Notes: generated by a model from the sequence alone, not told the origin. Shown: positions 9,305-20,093, numbered from the stretch's first letter. The stretch is 64,000 bases of DNA from Bacteroidales bacterium (GCA_046481675.1 JAWOJJ010000102.1:44094-108093); one strand, 5' to 3'. A program made the numbers and translations.

Positions 9305-10305
9305 TGAGTAAGCTATTAACAGTATCACCATCACCACATATAAGCAGCACCCAGTCAGTGGAAAAGCTGATGTATGGGGTGGTGATTTCACTGGTGCCCA
9401 CTTTCCTGGCATCGCTTTATTTTTTTGGCATAGGAGCACTGATCATCACAACAATTTCAATTGTAACCTGTATGCTCACCGAGATGATCATACAGAAGTA
9501 CCTGCTTCAAACTGAAATCAGAATTCGTGACGGTTCTGCCATTGTCACCGGCCTGCTGCTTGCCTTTAACCTTCCTTCCAACCTGCCCTGGTGGATGATT
9601 GTACTCGGATCTGTTTTTGCCATAGGTATTGGCAAAATGACCTATGGAGGACTGGGAAATAACCCGTTCAATCCCGCACTTGCCGGCCGTGTATTTCTGT
9701 TGATCTCCTTCCCGGTGCAAATGACCAGCTGGCCCTTACCCATAGCATCCAGAATGCATTATATTGACGCTGCAACCGGCGCCACTCCGCTTGGGTATTT
9801 CAAGGAAGCTGTCAGAAACGGAGAAACAGTATCCGATGTGATGGGCAATCTTCCCGATCACATGCAGTTGTTCATGGGTCAGATGGGCGGATCGCTCGGT
9901 GAAATATCTGCCCTTGCCCTGATCATTGGTTTCTTATGGATGCTTTACAAGAAGATCATCACCTGGCACATACCTGTGGTTGTGGTTGGGACCGTGTATA
10001 TTTTCACCGGTTTGCTTTGCCTGATCGATCCTTCAAAGAACGCTACCCCGCTTTTTCATATTCTTACCGGGGGCGTTTTGCTGGGTGCCATTTACATGGC
10101 CACCGACCTGGTTACTTCACCCATGACCAAAACCGGCATGGTGATTTATGCGGCAGGTATCGGAATTATCACCGTAGTGATCCGGGTTTTCGGCTCGTAC
10201 CCCGAAGGTGTTTCATTTGCCATACTCATCATGAATGCCTTTGTACCTTTAATTAACAGGTATGTCAAGCCAAAACGCTTTGGGAAGGAGGTGAAACATG
10301 GCTAA
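9304..10305 (+). CDS. rnfD: Rnf complex subunit D
   Basis: Polytopic membrane protein beginning MSKLLTVSPSPHI. Has the TGATPLG flavinylation-type motif. Its ATG overlaps the rnfC TAA (ataATGa). The listed ORF start at 9073 is an in-frame extension lying inside rnfC. Confidence 0.9.
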   Translation: MSKLLTVSPSPHISSTQSVEKLMYGVVISLVPTFLASLYFFGIGALIITTISIVTCMLTEMIIQKYLLQTEIRIRDGSAIVTGLLLAFNLPSNLPWWMIVLGSVFAIGIGKMTYGGLGNNPFNPALAGRVFLLISFPVQMTSWPLPIASRMHYIDAATGATPLGYFKEAVRNGETVSDVMGNLPDHMQLFMGQMGGSLGEISALALIIGFLWMLYKKIITWHIPVVVVGTVYIFTGLLCLIDPSKNATPLFHILTGGVLLGAIYMATDLVTSPMTKTGMVIYAAGIGIITVVIRVFGSYPEGVSFAILIMNAFVPLINRYVKPKRFGKEVKHG

Positions 10306-10873
10306 GAGGATCGAGTCAACCTTGCCCAACATGATCCTGTCGCTTGTGGTGATTTCCATGTTCATGTCGGCTGCCCTAGCTTTTGTTTATCTGCAGACCA
10401 AAGGCCCCATTGAAAATGCTGCCAGACAAAAGGAAGCCGAAGCCATCAAACAGGTTTTACCTGAATTTGACAGTGACCCTGTATCGGGAAAAATTGAAAA
10501 AGACGGCCTGATTATTTACAACTTATACAGGCAGGATCAACCCGTGGGTTATGCCGTTAAATCATCCACAGAAAAAGGTTTTTCAGGTCATATTGAAATC
10601 ATGGCCGGTTTTTTGCCTGACGGTGCCATTTACAGGGTTGCCGTGCTTCAGCACAAAGAAACACCAGGTCTTGGCACAAAAATGATGGAGTCGAAGTTCA
10701 GCGATCAGTTTCCGGGTAAGAATCCGGCTGATTTCATGTTGAAAGTAAAAAAAGACGGCGGACAGGTAGATGCCATCACCGCGGCCACAATCAGCTCCAG
10801 GGCTTATTGTGATGCGCTGCAACGGGCCTACGATACGTTGAAACAACTTAACGATTCTATTGCCGGAAAATAG
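10298..10873 (+). CDS. rnfG: Rnf complex subunit G (FMN-binding)
   Basis: N-terminal TM helix, ETPGLG, and the DAITAATISSRA FMN-binding domain motif. Confidence 0.9.
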   Translation: MAKRIESTLPNMILSLVVISMFMSAALAFVYLQTKGPIENAARQKEAEAIKQVLPEFDSDPVSGKIEKDGLIIYNLYRQDQPVGYAVKSSTEKGFSGHIEIMAGFLPDGAIYRVAVLQHKETPGLGTKMMESKFSDQFPGKNPADFMLKVKKDGGQVDAITAATISSRAYCDALQRAYDTLKQLNDSIAGK

Positions 10874-10896
10874 ACTATCAAATGAAATGAAAACCA

Positions 10897-11493
10897 ATGG
10901 GTAATTTGAAATTTTTAACCAACGGATTGATTAGGGAGAATCCAGCATTTGTGCTTGCTTTAGGCGCATGCCCTGCCCTTGCTGTTACTACCTCAGGTAT
11001 CAATGGTCTGGGAATGGGTGCAGCAACCACATTTGTGCTTCTCAGTTCAAACACGATCATTTCACTGCTCAAGAACCTGATCCCTGATAAGGTGCGCATT
11101 GCTGCATTTATTGTTGTAATTGCAACGTTTGTAACCATTGTAGACCTGGTTATGAAAGCCTATACCCCCGATTTATACAAAGCACTGGGTATTTTTATCC
11201 CGTTGATCGTTGTAAACTGCATTATTTTGGGACGAGCCGAAGCCTTTGCGCAAAAGAACAGCGTTTGGCCGGCATTATTGGACGGACTGGGCATGGGACT
11301 GGGATTTACGCTGGCACTTACCATTATGGGATCTATTCGTGAAATTCTTGGAAACGGATCTATTTTTAACATCAGGTTGCTGAGCGAGAGTGCCTCCACC
11401 ATACTGCTTTTTGTTCTGCCTCCGGGAGCTTTTATAACCTATGGGCTGCTTATCGCCACTATGAACAAGATAAAAACCAAGTTTAACCCGTAA
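10897..11493 (+). CDS. rnfE: Rnf complex subunit E
   Basis: Polytopic protein paralogous to RnfA ([24 protein letters not shown]). Confidence 0.9.
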   Translation: MGNLKFLTNGLIRENPAFVLALGACPALAVTTSGINGLGMGAATTFVLLSSNTIISLLKNLIPDKVRIAAFIVVIATFVTIVDLVMKAYTPDLYKALGIFIPLIVVNCIILGRAEAFAQKNSVWPALLDGLGMGLGFTLALTIMGSIREILGNGSIFNIRLLSESASTILLFVLPPGAFITYGLLIATMNKIKTKFNP

Positions 11494-11503
11494 TGAATAA
11501 CCT

Positions 11504-12079
11504 ATGGAATATATTCTGATCATCATATCAGCAGTACTTGTTAATAATGTAGTCCTGGTGCAGTTTTTAGGGATATGTCCCTTTCTTGGCGTTTCCGGAA
11601 AAATTGATACTTCACTGGGCATGGGCGCTGCTGTAGTTTTTGTGATGTCCCTGGCCAACCTGGTAACTTACCTGATACAGGCATTTGTGCTCACTCCCTT
11701 GCATATCGAGTTCATGCAAACCATTACTTTCATTTTTGTTATTGCCTTTCTGGTTCAGGTGGTGGAAATCATACTCAAGAAAACTGCCCCATCCTTGTAC
11801 CAGGCACTTGGGATATACCTCCCGTTAATAACAACCAATTGTGCTGTGCTGGGAACTGCCATCCTGGCCATTCAAAAAGACCTGAACCTGGTTATGAGCG
11901 TAGTTTACGCCGCCAGCATTGCTATTGGTTTTACCCTGGCACTAGTACTTATGGCCGGTATCCGTGAGCAACTGTCTCTTGCTGAAACACCCAAAGGAAT
12001 GAAAGGTTTTCCGCTTTCACTCATAACAGCAGGTTTGCTTTCTTTGGCTTTCATGGGATTTGCAGGGATTGTTAAGTAG
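11504..12079 (+). CDS. rnfA: Rnf complex subunit A
   Basis: Polytopic protein with FLGICPFLGVS and LPLITTNCAVLG. It is the last gene of the rnf string. Confidence 0.9.
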   Translation: MEYILIIISAVLVNNVVLVQFLGICPFLGVSGKIDTSLGMGAAVVFVMSLANLVTYLIQAFVLTPLHIEFMQTITFIFVIAFLVQVVEIILKKTAPSLYQALGIYLPLITTNCAVLGTAILAIQKDLNLVMSVVYAASIAIGFTLALVLMAGIREQLSLAETPKGMKGFPLSLITAGLLSLAFMGFAGIVK

Positions 12080-12151
12080 CAACCGGCTGGCCGTTGTTCC
12101 TGTTTTGATATTGACCGAATTTCCCTTATTTTTGGCACCTAAAATAAGGTC

Positions 12152-12811
12152 ATGCTGTATAAAATTCTGAAAGATAACCGCTTGTTTCTTCTTCCCTATT
12201 TCATCATACTGCTTTTGCTGATCCCATTCTTTTTTATATACACCAAAGGTGAAATGCACCTTCATGTTAACCAGTACCACTCGGCTTCTTTCGATTGGTT
12301 CTTCAGGCATGTTACTTTCATGGGAGACGGTCTCTTTGTTATTGTTCCCGCGATCATACTCTTATTTTTCTCGCTCCGGCACTTTGTTTTCCTGGCCTGT
12401 GCCTACCTGGGAAGCGGGTTGATTACCCAAATCCTGAAAAGAGTTTTCTTTGAAGATATGGCCAGACCCGGAAGGTTTTTGGCCGGAGCCCAACTGCACC
12501 TGGTTGATGGTGTTGACCTGCTCGGCGGCAGAAGTTTTCCTTCAGGTCATTCTACCAGTGCATTCGCGCTGTTTCTGTGCCTTGCCCTGATTTCGAAAAA
12601 CAAAACATTAAAAATCACCTGCTTTGTATTGGCCTGTCTTACTGCCTTTTCACGGGTTTATCTTTCGCAGCATTTCATCATGGACATATATGCCGGGTCG
12701 ATCATTGGCACCCTGTCTGCAATTGGCTTTTATTACCTGTTCTATTCACGCGAAAGAAAATGGCATGCCTGGAATTTAACCAAAATCAGGAAAGATGAAT
12801 ACAGTGCATGA
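12152..12811 (+). CDS. PAP2 family lipid phosphatase
   Basis: All three PAP2 motifs are present: KRVFFEDMARP, FPSGHST and SRVYLSQHFIMD. It is a polytopic membrane protein. Confidence 0.85.
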   Translation: MLYKILKDNRLFLLPYFIILLLLIPFFFIYTKGEMHLHVNQYHSASFDWFFRHVTFMGDGLFVIVPAIILLFFSLRHFVFLACAYLGSGLITQILKRVFFEDMARPGRFLAGAQLHLVDGVDLLGGRSFPSGHSTSAFALFLCLALISKNKTLKITCFVLACLTAFSRVYLSQHFIMDIYAGSIIGTLSAIGFYYLFYSRERKWHAWNLTKIRKDEYSA

Positions 12812-14459
12812 AGGAAAAATCCGGACCTACCAGGCAGTGATCGCCATCCTGGCAGCCTTATTCTTCGTACCATTCCTGGGCGGTGTTCACCTGTTCGACT
12901 GGGATGAGATCAACTTTGCCGAATCGGCACGTGAAATGATCAAAAGTGGCGATTATCTAACAGTCAGAGTCAATTTCGTTCCCTTCTGGGAAAAACCGCC
13001 GCTGTTTATCTGGATGCAGGTACTGTCCATGAAGGTCTTTGGCATTAACGAATTTGCAGCACGTTTCCCTAACGCCATCTGTGGTGTTGTTACACTGGTT
13101 GTTTTGTTCACCATGGGCAGCAAGATGTTCAACCTGCGGTTCGGACTGATATGGACACTGCTTTATGCCGGTTCCATGCTGCCCTTTTTCTATTTCAAAT
13201 CGGGGATCATTGATCCATGGTTCAACCTGTTTATTTTTCTGGGAGTATACCAGCTCTTCCTGTACTTCAACCAGGATCATTCGAGGTTGCGGCATGCTGT
13301 TTTTTCCGGGTTGTTAATAGGACTGGCTATTCTGACTAAGGGTCCCGTTGCCCTGTTGGTTGTGGCCATAACTACCCTTATTTACCTGCTAATTAAAAAG
13401 TTCAGAGTTCGTGTAAGAATAACCGATGTGCTTGCTTTTGCTGTTGCCATGGCGTTCACCGGCGGTTTTTGGTTCATCCTTCAGATCCTGAACGGAAATT
13501 TCAGCATAATTGCCGACTTTATTGTATACCAGATCAGGCTCTTTAAAACACAGGATGCAGGGCATGGCGGATTCCTCCTGTATCATTTCGTAGTACTTTT
13601 CTTTGGCGTTTTCCCTGCCTCTGTATTTGCCCTGCCCGCTCTATTCAAAATTCCCAAAGGTGATGGGAAAAATGCTGGTTTCCTTATTTGGATGTTGATC
13701 CTGTTCTGGGTTGTACTCATTTTGTTCACCATCGTCCGAACCAAAATCGTCCACTACTCCTCGCTCTGTTATTTTCCACTTACCTTTGTGGCAGCCTGGG
13801 CATTCTGCAATACAGAAATCTCCGGGCGATGGAAAAAGGCCATGCTGGTTCTGATTATGTTTATTGGCACCCTGCTGGCTCTTGTTTTCATGGGATTAAC
13901 CGCTATCGATCATTTTAAAGACCGGATCATCAGCCTTGGGTGGATCGGTGATCCTTTTGCCGTTGCATGCCTGGATGCCCATGCAGGTTGGAAAGGTTAT
14001 GAATTTGTTGCCGGCCTGATTCTTCTTGCCGGCCTGATGGCGTTTTTCAAGCAGTGGAGGCGCAACAGGCAGGAGCAGGCCCTGATGATCCTGACCGCTA
14101 CGGTGCCCTTGTTTCTGTTTCTATCCATGATGCTGATTGTGCCTCGTATTGAAGCATATTCACAAAGAGCGGCCATTGAATTCTTTAAATCAGTGAGCCG
14201 TGAAGACGCGTACTTTGAAACTGTGGGCTATAAAAGCTATGCGCACCTTTTCTATGGCGACATCAGAAACCATGCCCATGAAAATGCCCGCAACGAGCAA
14301 TGGCTGTTAACCGGAGATACCGACAAACGAGCCTATTTCTCAATAAAAATTACCCGTAAGGAAAAATTCATACAGGAATATCCCCACATTGAATACATGT
14401 ATGAGAAGAACGGATTTGTTTTCTTCAAGCGGGAACCTGTGAAAAAAGCCAATTTTTAA
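12795..14459 (+). CDS. ArnT/PMT-like GT-C glycosyltransferase (family 39/83 type)
   Basis: Large polytopic membrane protein with an N-terminal loop FDWDEINFAESAREM and a PPLFIW segment. Its start overlaps the PAP2 gene by 17 nt. Confidence 0.75.
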   Translation: MNTVHEGKIRTYQAVIAILAALFFVPFLGGVHLFDWDEINFAESAREMIKSGDYLTVRVNFVPFWEKPPLFIWMQVLSMKVFGINEFAARFPNAICGVVTLVVLFTMGSKMFNLRFGLIWTLLYAGSMLPFFYFKSGIIDPWFNLFIFLGVYQLFLYFNQDHSRLRHAVFSGLLIGLAILTKGPVALLVVAITTLIYLLIKKFRVRVRITDVLAFAVAMAFTGGFWFILQILNGNFSIIADFIVYQIRLFKTQDAGHGGFLLYHFVVLFFGVFPASVFALPALFKIPKGDGKNAGFLIWMLILFWVVLILFTIVRTKIVHYSSLCYFPLTFVAAWAFCNTEISGRWKKAMLVLIMFIGTLLALVFMGLTAIDHFKDRIISLGWIGDPFAVACLDAHAGWKGYEFVAGLILLAGLMAFFKQWRRNRQEQALMILTATVPLFLFLSMMLIVPRIEAYSQRAAIEFFKSVSREDAYFETVGYKSYAHLFYGDIRNHAHENARNEQWLLTGDTDKRAYFSIKITRKEKFIQEYPHIEYMYEKNGFVFFKREPVKKANF

Positions 14460-14490
14460 AGGCAAGTGAAAAAATGATTATTCTCTTTCT

Positions 14491-15234
14491 ATGATTAACA
14501 ACAAAACAATAACTGTAGTACTGCCGGCATACAATGCAGAGAAAACGCTGGAACAAACCTATAAAGAGATCCCTTTTGACATTGTGGACCACGTGATTCT
14601 GGTTGATGACCGGAGTCGCGACAACACGGTGCAACTTGCCAAAGAGCTGGGAATAAAGCACGTCATCCTGCATGAGGAAAACAAGGGATATGGAGGGAAC
14701 CAGAAAACCTGCTATGACAAATCGCTCGAACTGAATTCGGATATCGTGGTGATGTTGCATCCCGATTATCAGTATTCCCCCCTTCTGATTCACTCCATGT
14801 GTTACGTGATTGCCAATGGCGTTTATGAAGTAGTGCTGGGGTCAAGAATTCTTGGCAAAGGTGCGCTAAAGGGTGGAATGCCGTTATATAAATATGTAGC
14901 CAACCGGTTTCTCACTTTTACGCAGAACGTGCTGATGAATCAGAAATTATCGGAATACCACACCGGGTACAGGGCATTTTCGGCCAAAGTGCTCCGGCAT
15001 GTGAATTATCGTGTCAACTCGGATGATTTCGTGTTTGATAACCAGATGCTGGCACAAATTTTTTATGCCGGGTATGAGGTTGCCGAGATTACCTGCCCCA
15101 CCCGTTACTTTGATGATGCCTCTTCCATTAACATCAGGCGAAGTATTAAATACGGGCTGGGTGTACTGAGCGTATCCATCTCCTACATGCTCCAGAAAAC
15201 CGGTTTGTTCAAATTCAGAATCTTCTCAAACTAG
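14491..15234 (+). CDS. family 2 glycosyltransferase (polyprenyl-phosphate sugar synthase-like)
   Basis: GT-A motifs VVLPAYNAEKTL and VDDRSRDNT. The size and organisation resemble ArnC/DPM1-type enzymes. Confidence 0.8.
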   Translation: MINNKTITVVLPAYNAEKTLEQTYKEIPFDIVDHVILVDDRSRDNTVQLAKELGIKHVILHEENKGYGGNQKTCYDKSLELNSDIVVMLHPDYQYSPLLIHSMCYVIANGVYEVVLGSRILGKGALKGGMPLYKYVANRFLTFTQNVLMNQKLSEYHTGYRAFSAKVLRHVNYRVNSDDFVFDNQMLAQIFYAGYEVAEITCPTRYFDDASSINIRRSIKYGLGVLSVSISYMLQKTGLFKFRIFSN

Positions 15235-17333
15235 CTGATTGAGCTCCAGTCGACCTGCGACTTGGTTAACCTGGCCAGTTGCTTTCGCAAAACCTGGTTT
15301 TCGGGTTTCTCCAGGTTCATATCCTCTTCCAGCAATTCGCCTGCCACATCACGGGCATATTGCAAAAGCTGCCCGTCCTGACCCAGGTTGGCAATTTTGA
15401 GATCGAAAGGTATGCCGCTTTGCTGTGTTCCTTCTATGTCTCCGGGTCCGCGTAACTTCAAATCTGTTTCGGCAATCTCAAATCCATCATTGGTTTGAAC
15501 CATGGTTTCAAGACGCTTGCGGCCTTCCCGGCTCAGTTTATAAGAACTCATAAGAATGCAATAACTTTGGTCGGCACCACGCCCTACACGCCCCCGCAGC
15601 TGGTGCAGCTGCGAAAGGCCAAAGCGCTCGGCATTTTCAACAACCATCACGCTGGCATTTGGAACATCAACACCCACTTCAATAACTGTGGTTGCCACCA
15701 TAATCTGGGCCTTACCCCGAATAAAAAGCTGCATTCCCTGCTCCTTATCCTCGGGTTTCATCTGGCCATGCACACAAACTACGGCGTATTGCGGGGGCGG
15801 GAAAGCCCTCACAACGGCTTCATAACCTTCCTCCAACGCCACATAATCCAGCTTTTCCGATTCCCTGATCAGAGGATATACAATATAAATCTGCCGCCCC
15901 ATTTCAATTTGCTTGCGCATAAACCCAAACAGCACCAGGCGCTTTGATTCATAGTAGTGAATTGTTTGAACAGGTTTGCGACCCGGGGGAAGTTCATCAA
16001 TAACAGATACGTCAAGGTCTCCGTAAAGTGTCATGGCAAGTGTACGGGGTATTGGGGTGGCTGTCATTACCAGCACGTGCGGATACCTGTCGGTTTTTTT
16101 CCACAACTGGGCGCGTTGGGCAACACCAAAACGATGTTGTTCATCTATGATAACAAGGCCCAGGTTGTTAAACTGCACGGTATCCTCAAGCAAGGCATGA
16201 GTTCCCACAAGAATGTGCAATTCGCCCGAACGGAGCTGCTCATGCAACAACCCCCTTTCGCTTTTTTTGGTGGAGCCGGTCAATAAAAGAACACCCACGT
16301 TCATATTCTCCAGAAACCTGGTAATCGTAGTGAAATGCTGGTTAGCCAATATTTCCGTGGGAGCCATCAAACAGGCCTGGTATCCGTTATCAAGGGCAAT
16401 CAGCATGGCCATCAAGGCAACCAGGGTTTTCCCGCTACCTACATCACCCTGCAACAGCCTGTTCATTTGTTTGCCCGATCCCAGATCCTTTCTGATCTCC
16501 CTAATTACACGCTTCTGGGCTTCTGTAAGCTCAAATCTGAGGTTATCCCTGTAAAAGGTATTCAGATAGTCGCCCACCTTTGAAAAAACAAGGCCCCTGT
16601 TAATAGTCTGCTGTTTGAACTTTTGCATGAGGATGTTCAGCTGGATGTAGAAAAGTTCCTCAAACTTCAAACGGTATATCGATTTTTTAAGCTTCTCACT
16701 GTTTTCAGGGTAATGCATGTTGCGTATGGCTCCGTCAAGGTCAATCAGCTTCAGCCTTTCCACCAGGCCGGCCGGAAGTGTTTCTTCCAAATGGTCAATC
16801 TGGGTAAGAATCTGCCCGATCATCCGGTGAATGGCCTTTGACGCAAGAAAGGTGTTTTTCAACTTTTCTGTAGTGCTGTATTGCGGCTGAAGCGGGGTAT
16901 ACAATGGAGTTTCCTCCTTACCCGGAATTTCTATTTCGGGATGGGCAATGGATAATTTGTGATTGTATACGGCCGGTCGGCCAAATACCACATATTCAGT
17001 ATTTACCTGGTAATTCCGGGTCACCCATTGAGCGCCCTGAAACCAGACAAGCTCAATTGTTCCGGTACCATCTGTGAACGATGCAACCAGCCGTTGCTTG
17101 TGACGCTGGCCTTCGACCCTGAAGGTGGTAATTCGCCCCTTGATTTGAATAAAAGTCTGTGTGGTGTCAATTTCCCTGATCAGGTAAATCCTGGAACGGT
17201 CGATGTATTTATAAGGAAAAAAATACAACAGATCGTTGCACGTCCGGATGCTCAGCTCCTTTTCGAGCAATTCGGCTTTTTTAGGCCCAACACCTTTCAG
17301 ATACTTTATTTCCTGGTCAGCAAGCCGCGTCAT
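15231..17333 (-). CDS. recG: ATP-dependent DNA helicase RecG
   Basis: Contains GDVGSGKT, IIDEQHRFG, QLRGRVGRG, and an N-terminal KYLKGVGPKKAELL. The ATG at 17333 is preferred over the upstream start at 17396. Confidence 0.93.
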   Translation of the reverse strand: MTRLADQEIKYLKGVGPKKAELLEKELSIRTCNDLLYFFPYKYIDRSRIYLIREIDTTQTFIQIKGRITTFRVEGQRHKQRLVASFTDGTGTIELVWFQGAQWVTRNYQVNTEYVVFGRPAVYNHKLSIAHPEIEIPGKEETPLYTPLQPQYSTTEKLKNTFLASKAIHRMIGQILTQIDHLEETLPAGLVERLKLIDLDGAIRNMHYPENSEKLKKSIYRLKFEELFYIQLNILMQKFKQQTINRGLVFSKVGDYLNTFYRDNLRFELTEAQKRVIREIRKDLGSGKQMNRLLQGDVGSGKTLVALMAMLIALDNGYQACLMAPTEILANQHFTTITRFLENMNVGVLLLTGSTKKSERGLLHEQLRSGELHILVGTHALLEDTVQFNNLGLVIIDEQHRFGVAQRAQLWKKTDRYPHVLVMTATPIPRTLAMTLYGDLDVSVIDELPPGRKPVQTIHYYESKRLVLFGFMRKQIEMGRQIYIVYPLIRESEKLDYVALEEGYEAVVRAFPPPQYAVVCVHGQMKPEDKEQGMQLFIRGKAQIMVATTVIEVGVDVPNASVMVVENAERFGLSQLHQLRGRVGRGADQSYCILMSSYKLSREGRKRLETMVQTNDGFEIAETDLKLRGPGDIEGTQQSGIPFDLKIANLGQDGQLLQYARDVAGELLEEDMNLEKPENQVLRKQLARLTKSQVDWSSIS

Positions 17334-17404
17334 GATTAACGAGAGTTTCGTAAATATCGGAAAAGTTTGATCATATTGGCAAAAAAATTTGCACACCGGT
17401 TGAA

Positions 17405-18199
17405 ATGTTCCGATCTTTCAGGCCTATGTTTCCTTTCAGATACCTTGTAAAATGCCTTGTGCATAAGTTTTCAGGCACAGCAAAACCTGAAGATGACAAC
17501 TTTTATTCCGGTTTTTACAACCAGGTATTAAAAATTGACACCACGCCTCCCGGCTCAATTGAAGAAGCACGGGCCAACTTATACAACAACAAAAACCTTA
17601 TTATTGCAAACCATATTGGAGCAGGCTCCAGGATGAAAAGAAAAAATCAAACGGTTGGTGAGATGGCCGGAACCGTTTCCATATCGGCGCATCACGGAGC
17701 ACTGCTCTTCCGTATGGCACAGCATTACAAGCCGCGCAAAATAATTGAGATGGGGACTGCCATGGGAATCAGCGCGCTGTATTTAGCAGCTGGTAATCCG
17801 GAAGCAGATATTACAACTGTTGAAGGAAATCCGCAACTGGCCTCACTGGCCATGGAAAACTTCAAAAATTACGGGTCGGACAGAATTCACCTGTTGAACA
17901 AGTCATTTGAAGAAGTGATTGATCAGCTGGCTGCCGAAGCAGGCACAGGCACACTTGTGTACATCGACGGGAACCACACTTGTGAAGCCACGCTGAGTTA
18001 TTACCAGGCATTCACTGCAAATAAAAGCACTGATCTTATTCTGATTTTTGACGACATCAATTGGTCAGCAGGTATGATGGATGCCTGGGATCACATCCGG
18101 AAAAACCTCAGCCAGGGTGTGATCATCGACCTGTTTCATATGGGAATTGTTTTTTATGGAAACGGGGTGGAGAAAAAGGAATATAAGGTGAGGTACTGA
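17405..18199 (+). CDS. class I SAM-dependent methyltransferase (O-methyltransferase-like)
   Basis: SAM motif I IIEMGTAMGISALYLA, plus VYIDGNH and FDDINW. The true start codon is uncertain. Confidence 0.65.
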   Translation: MFRSFRPMFPFRYLVKCLVHKFSGTAKPEDDNFYSGFYNQVLKIDTTPPGSIEEARANLYNNKNLIIANHIGAGSRMKRKNQTVGEMAGTVSISAHHGALLFRMAQHYKPRKIIEMGTAMGISALYLAAGNPEADITTVEGNPQLASLAMENFKNYGSDRIHLLNKSFEEVIDQLAAEAGTGTLVYIDGNHTCEATLSYYQAFTANKSTDLILIFDDINWSAGMMDAWDHIRKNLSQGVIIDLFHMGIVFYGNGVEKKEYKVRY

Positions 18200-18273
18200 T
18201 TATTATTGTTAATCATCAAATAATTATTGGCAACCCGTAATAATTACTATTTTTATCTCATGAATTAAATAAT

Positions 18274-18978
18274 ATGGCCAACGTTATTCACTTCGAGTCA
18301 ATAGTTAAAAATTATTACCTTGGTTCTGAGGTAGTTCAGGCATTAAGATCGGTATCTCTTGACATTCGAAAGAATGAGTATGTGGCAATCATGGGGCCTT
18401 CGGGATCCGGAAAGTCAACACTGATGAACATCATCGGTTGCCTGGATACGCCCACTTCAGGAACCTATGTTCTTAACGGCAAAGATGCCAGCATAATGGG
18501 CGACAACCAACTGGCTGAGATCAGGAACAAGGAAATCGGTTTTGTTTTTCAAACCTTCAACCTGCTTCCGCGCTATTCATCGCTTGAAAATGTAATGTTA
18601 CCCTTGGTATATGCAGGAATTCCAAAAAATGAACGAGTGGAAAGAGCAAAATCTGCATTGGTAAGTGTTGGACTGGGCGACCGGGTTGAGCACAAGCCCA
18701 ATGAGCTTTCAGGCGGGCAACGGCAGCGCGTGGCCGTTGCAAGGGCCATGGTAAATAATCCGGCCATTATACTGGCTGATGAACCAACCGGAAATCTTGA
18801 TTCGAAAACCTCCGTGGATATTATGGCTCTTTTCAGAGATATTCACAGCAAGGGAAACACCATAATTCTGGTAACCCATGAAGAAAGCATTGCCAGGCAT
18901 GCCCACAGAATCATCAGGCTTCTCGACGGGCAGGTTGAATCGGATGTGGTAAATGAAAACCTGATTGTCGAAGGATAA
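18274..18978 (+). CDS. ABC transporter ATP-binding protein (MacB/LolD/FtsE type)
   Basis: Contains [23 protein letters not shown] and [11 protein letters not shown]. No permease gene is adjacent. Confidence 0.9.
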   Translation: MANVIHFESIVKNYYLGSEVVQALRSVSLDIRKNEYVAIMGPSGSGKSTLMNIIGCLDTPTSGTYVLNGKDASIMGDNQLAEIRNKEIGFVFQTFNLLPRYSSLENVMLPLVYAGIPKNERVERAKSALVSVGLGDRVEHKPNELSGGQRQRVAVARAMVNNPAIILADEPTGNLDSKTSVDIMALFRDIHSKGNTIILVTHEESIARHAHRIIRLLDGQVESDVVNENLIVEG

Positions 18979-18998
18979 TTTGTTTTCCTTACGATCAA

Positions 18999-20093
18999 TT
19001 ATAGGCCAGCTTTATAGAAAGGCATTTTCACTACTTTTGCAGCAATCATTTTATCCCTGATCGCCACCTTGATTTCAGTTCCCGGAGCGGTATAAGAACT
19101 TTGAACATAGGCCATCCCGATGCCGGTTTTCAGCGAAGGCGACATGGTACCTGATGTAACCTCGCCTATTTCGCCACCTTCATTATTAAACAGCTTGTAA
19201 TGCTGCCTGGGAATTCCCCTTTCGGTCATTTCAAAACCAACCAGTTTTCTGGTTGTTCCCTTATTTTTTTGTTCGAAAAGCAAATCACGGTCAATAAAAT
19301 TCCGATCGGGAATAAATTTGGTAATCCATCCCAATCCGGCCTCAATGGGAGAAGTTTCATCATTGATGTCGTTGCCATATAAGCAGTAACCCATCTCAAG
19401 CCGGAGTGTATCGCGGGCAGCCAAACCAACAGGTTTCAGATCATAATCCCTGCCTGCTTCCATCATGCCATCCCAAAGCCGCAATGGCTCAGGATCGTCA
19501 AGGTAAAGCTCGAATCCGCCGGAACCGGTATAACCTGTGGCAGCAATAATCACGTTTCTGATTCCGGCTACTTCTCCGGTAACAAAAGTGAAATATTTCA
19601 TCACATCCAAGTTGATACCGGTTAGTTTTTTGAGAATATTAAGGGCATTTGGCCCTTGCAAAGCCAATTGCGATATGCGTGGTGACGCGTTTTCAAGTAC
19701 AGCGCCAAACTGGTTCTGTGAATTAAGCCAGTTCCAGTCTTTCTGTATGTTAGAAGCATTCACCACGAGCATGTATTTTTCTTCATCGAATTGATGAACG
19801 ATCAGGTCGTCGACAATTCCGCCCTTTCCGTTAGGAAAACAGGTATACTGAGCTTTCCCTGTAGTAAGCATACCCGGATCGTTGGAACATACATGGTCAA
19901 GCAACTTACGGGCATTGGGTCCCTTTACCCATATTTCGCCCATGTGGGAGACATCGAAGAGTCCGGCTGATTCTCTTACTGACAGATGCTCTGCGTTAAT
20001 ACCAGCGTATTCCAGCGGCATTTCATAACCTGCAAATTCAACCATGCGGGCTCCGAGTTGCAAATGCCGGGCATTAAAAACGGTTTTATTCAT
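18999..20093 (-). CDS. gcvT: glycine cleavage system aminomethyltransferase T
   Basis: Contains GARMVEFAGYEMPLEY and GLFDVSHMGEI, at about 364 aa. Confidence 0.93.
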   Translation of the reverse strand: MNKTVFNARHLQLGARMVEFAGYEMPLEYAGINAEHLSVRESAGLFDVSHMGEIWVKGPNARKLLDHVCSNDPGMLTTGKAQYTCFPNGKGGIVDDLIVHQFDEEKYMLVVNASNIQKDWNWLNSQNQFGAVLENASPRISQLALQGPNALNILKKLTGINLDVMKYFTFVTGEVAGIRNVIIAATGYTGSGGFELYLDDPEPLRLWDGMMEAGRDYDLKPVGLAARDTLRLEMGYCLYGNDINDETSPIEAGLGWITKFIPDRNFIDRDLLFEQKNKGTTRKLVGFEMTERGIPRQHYKLFNNEGGEIGEVTSGTMSPSLKTGIGMAYVQSSYTAPGTEIKVAIRDKMIAAKVVKMPFYKAGL

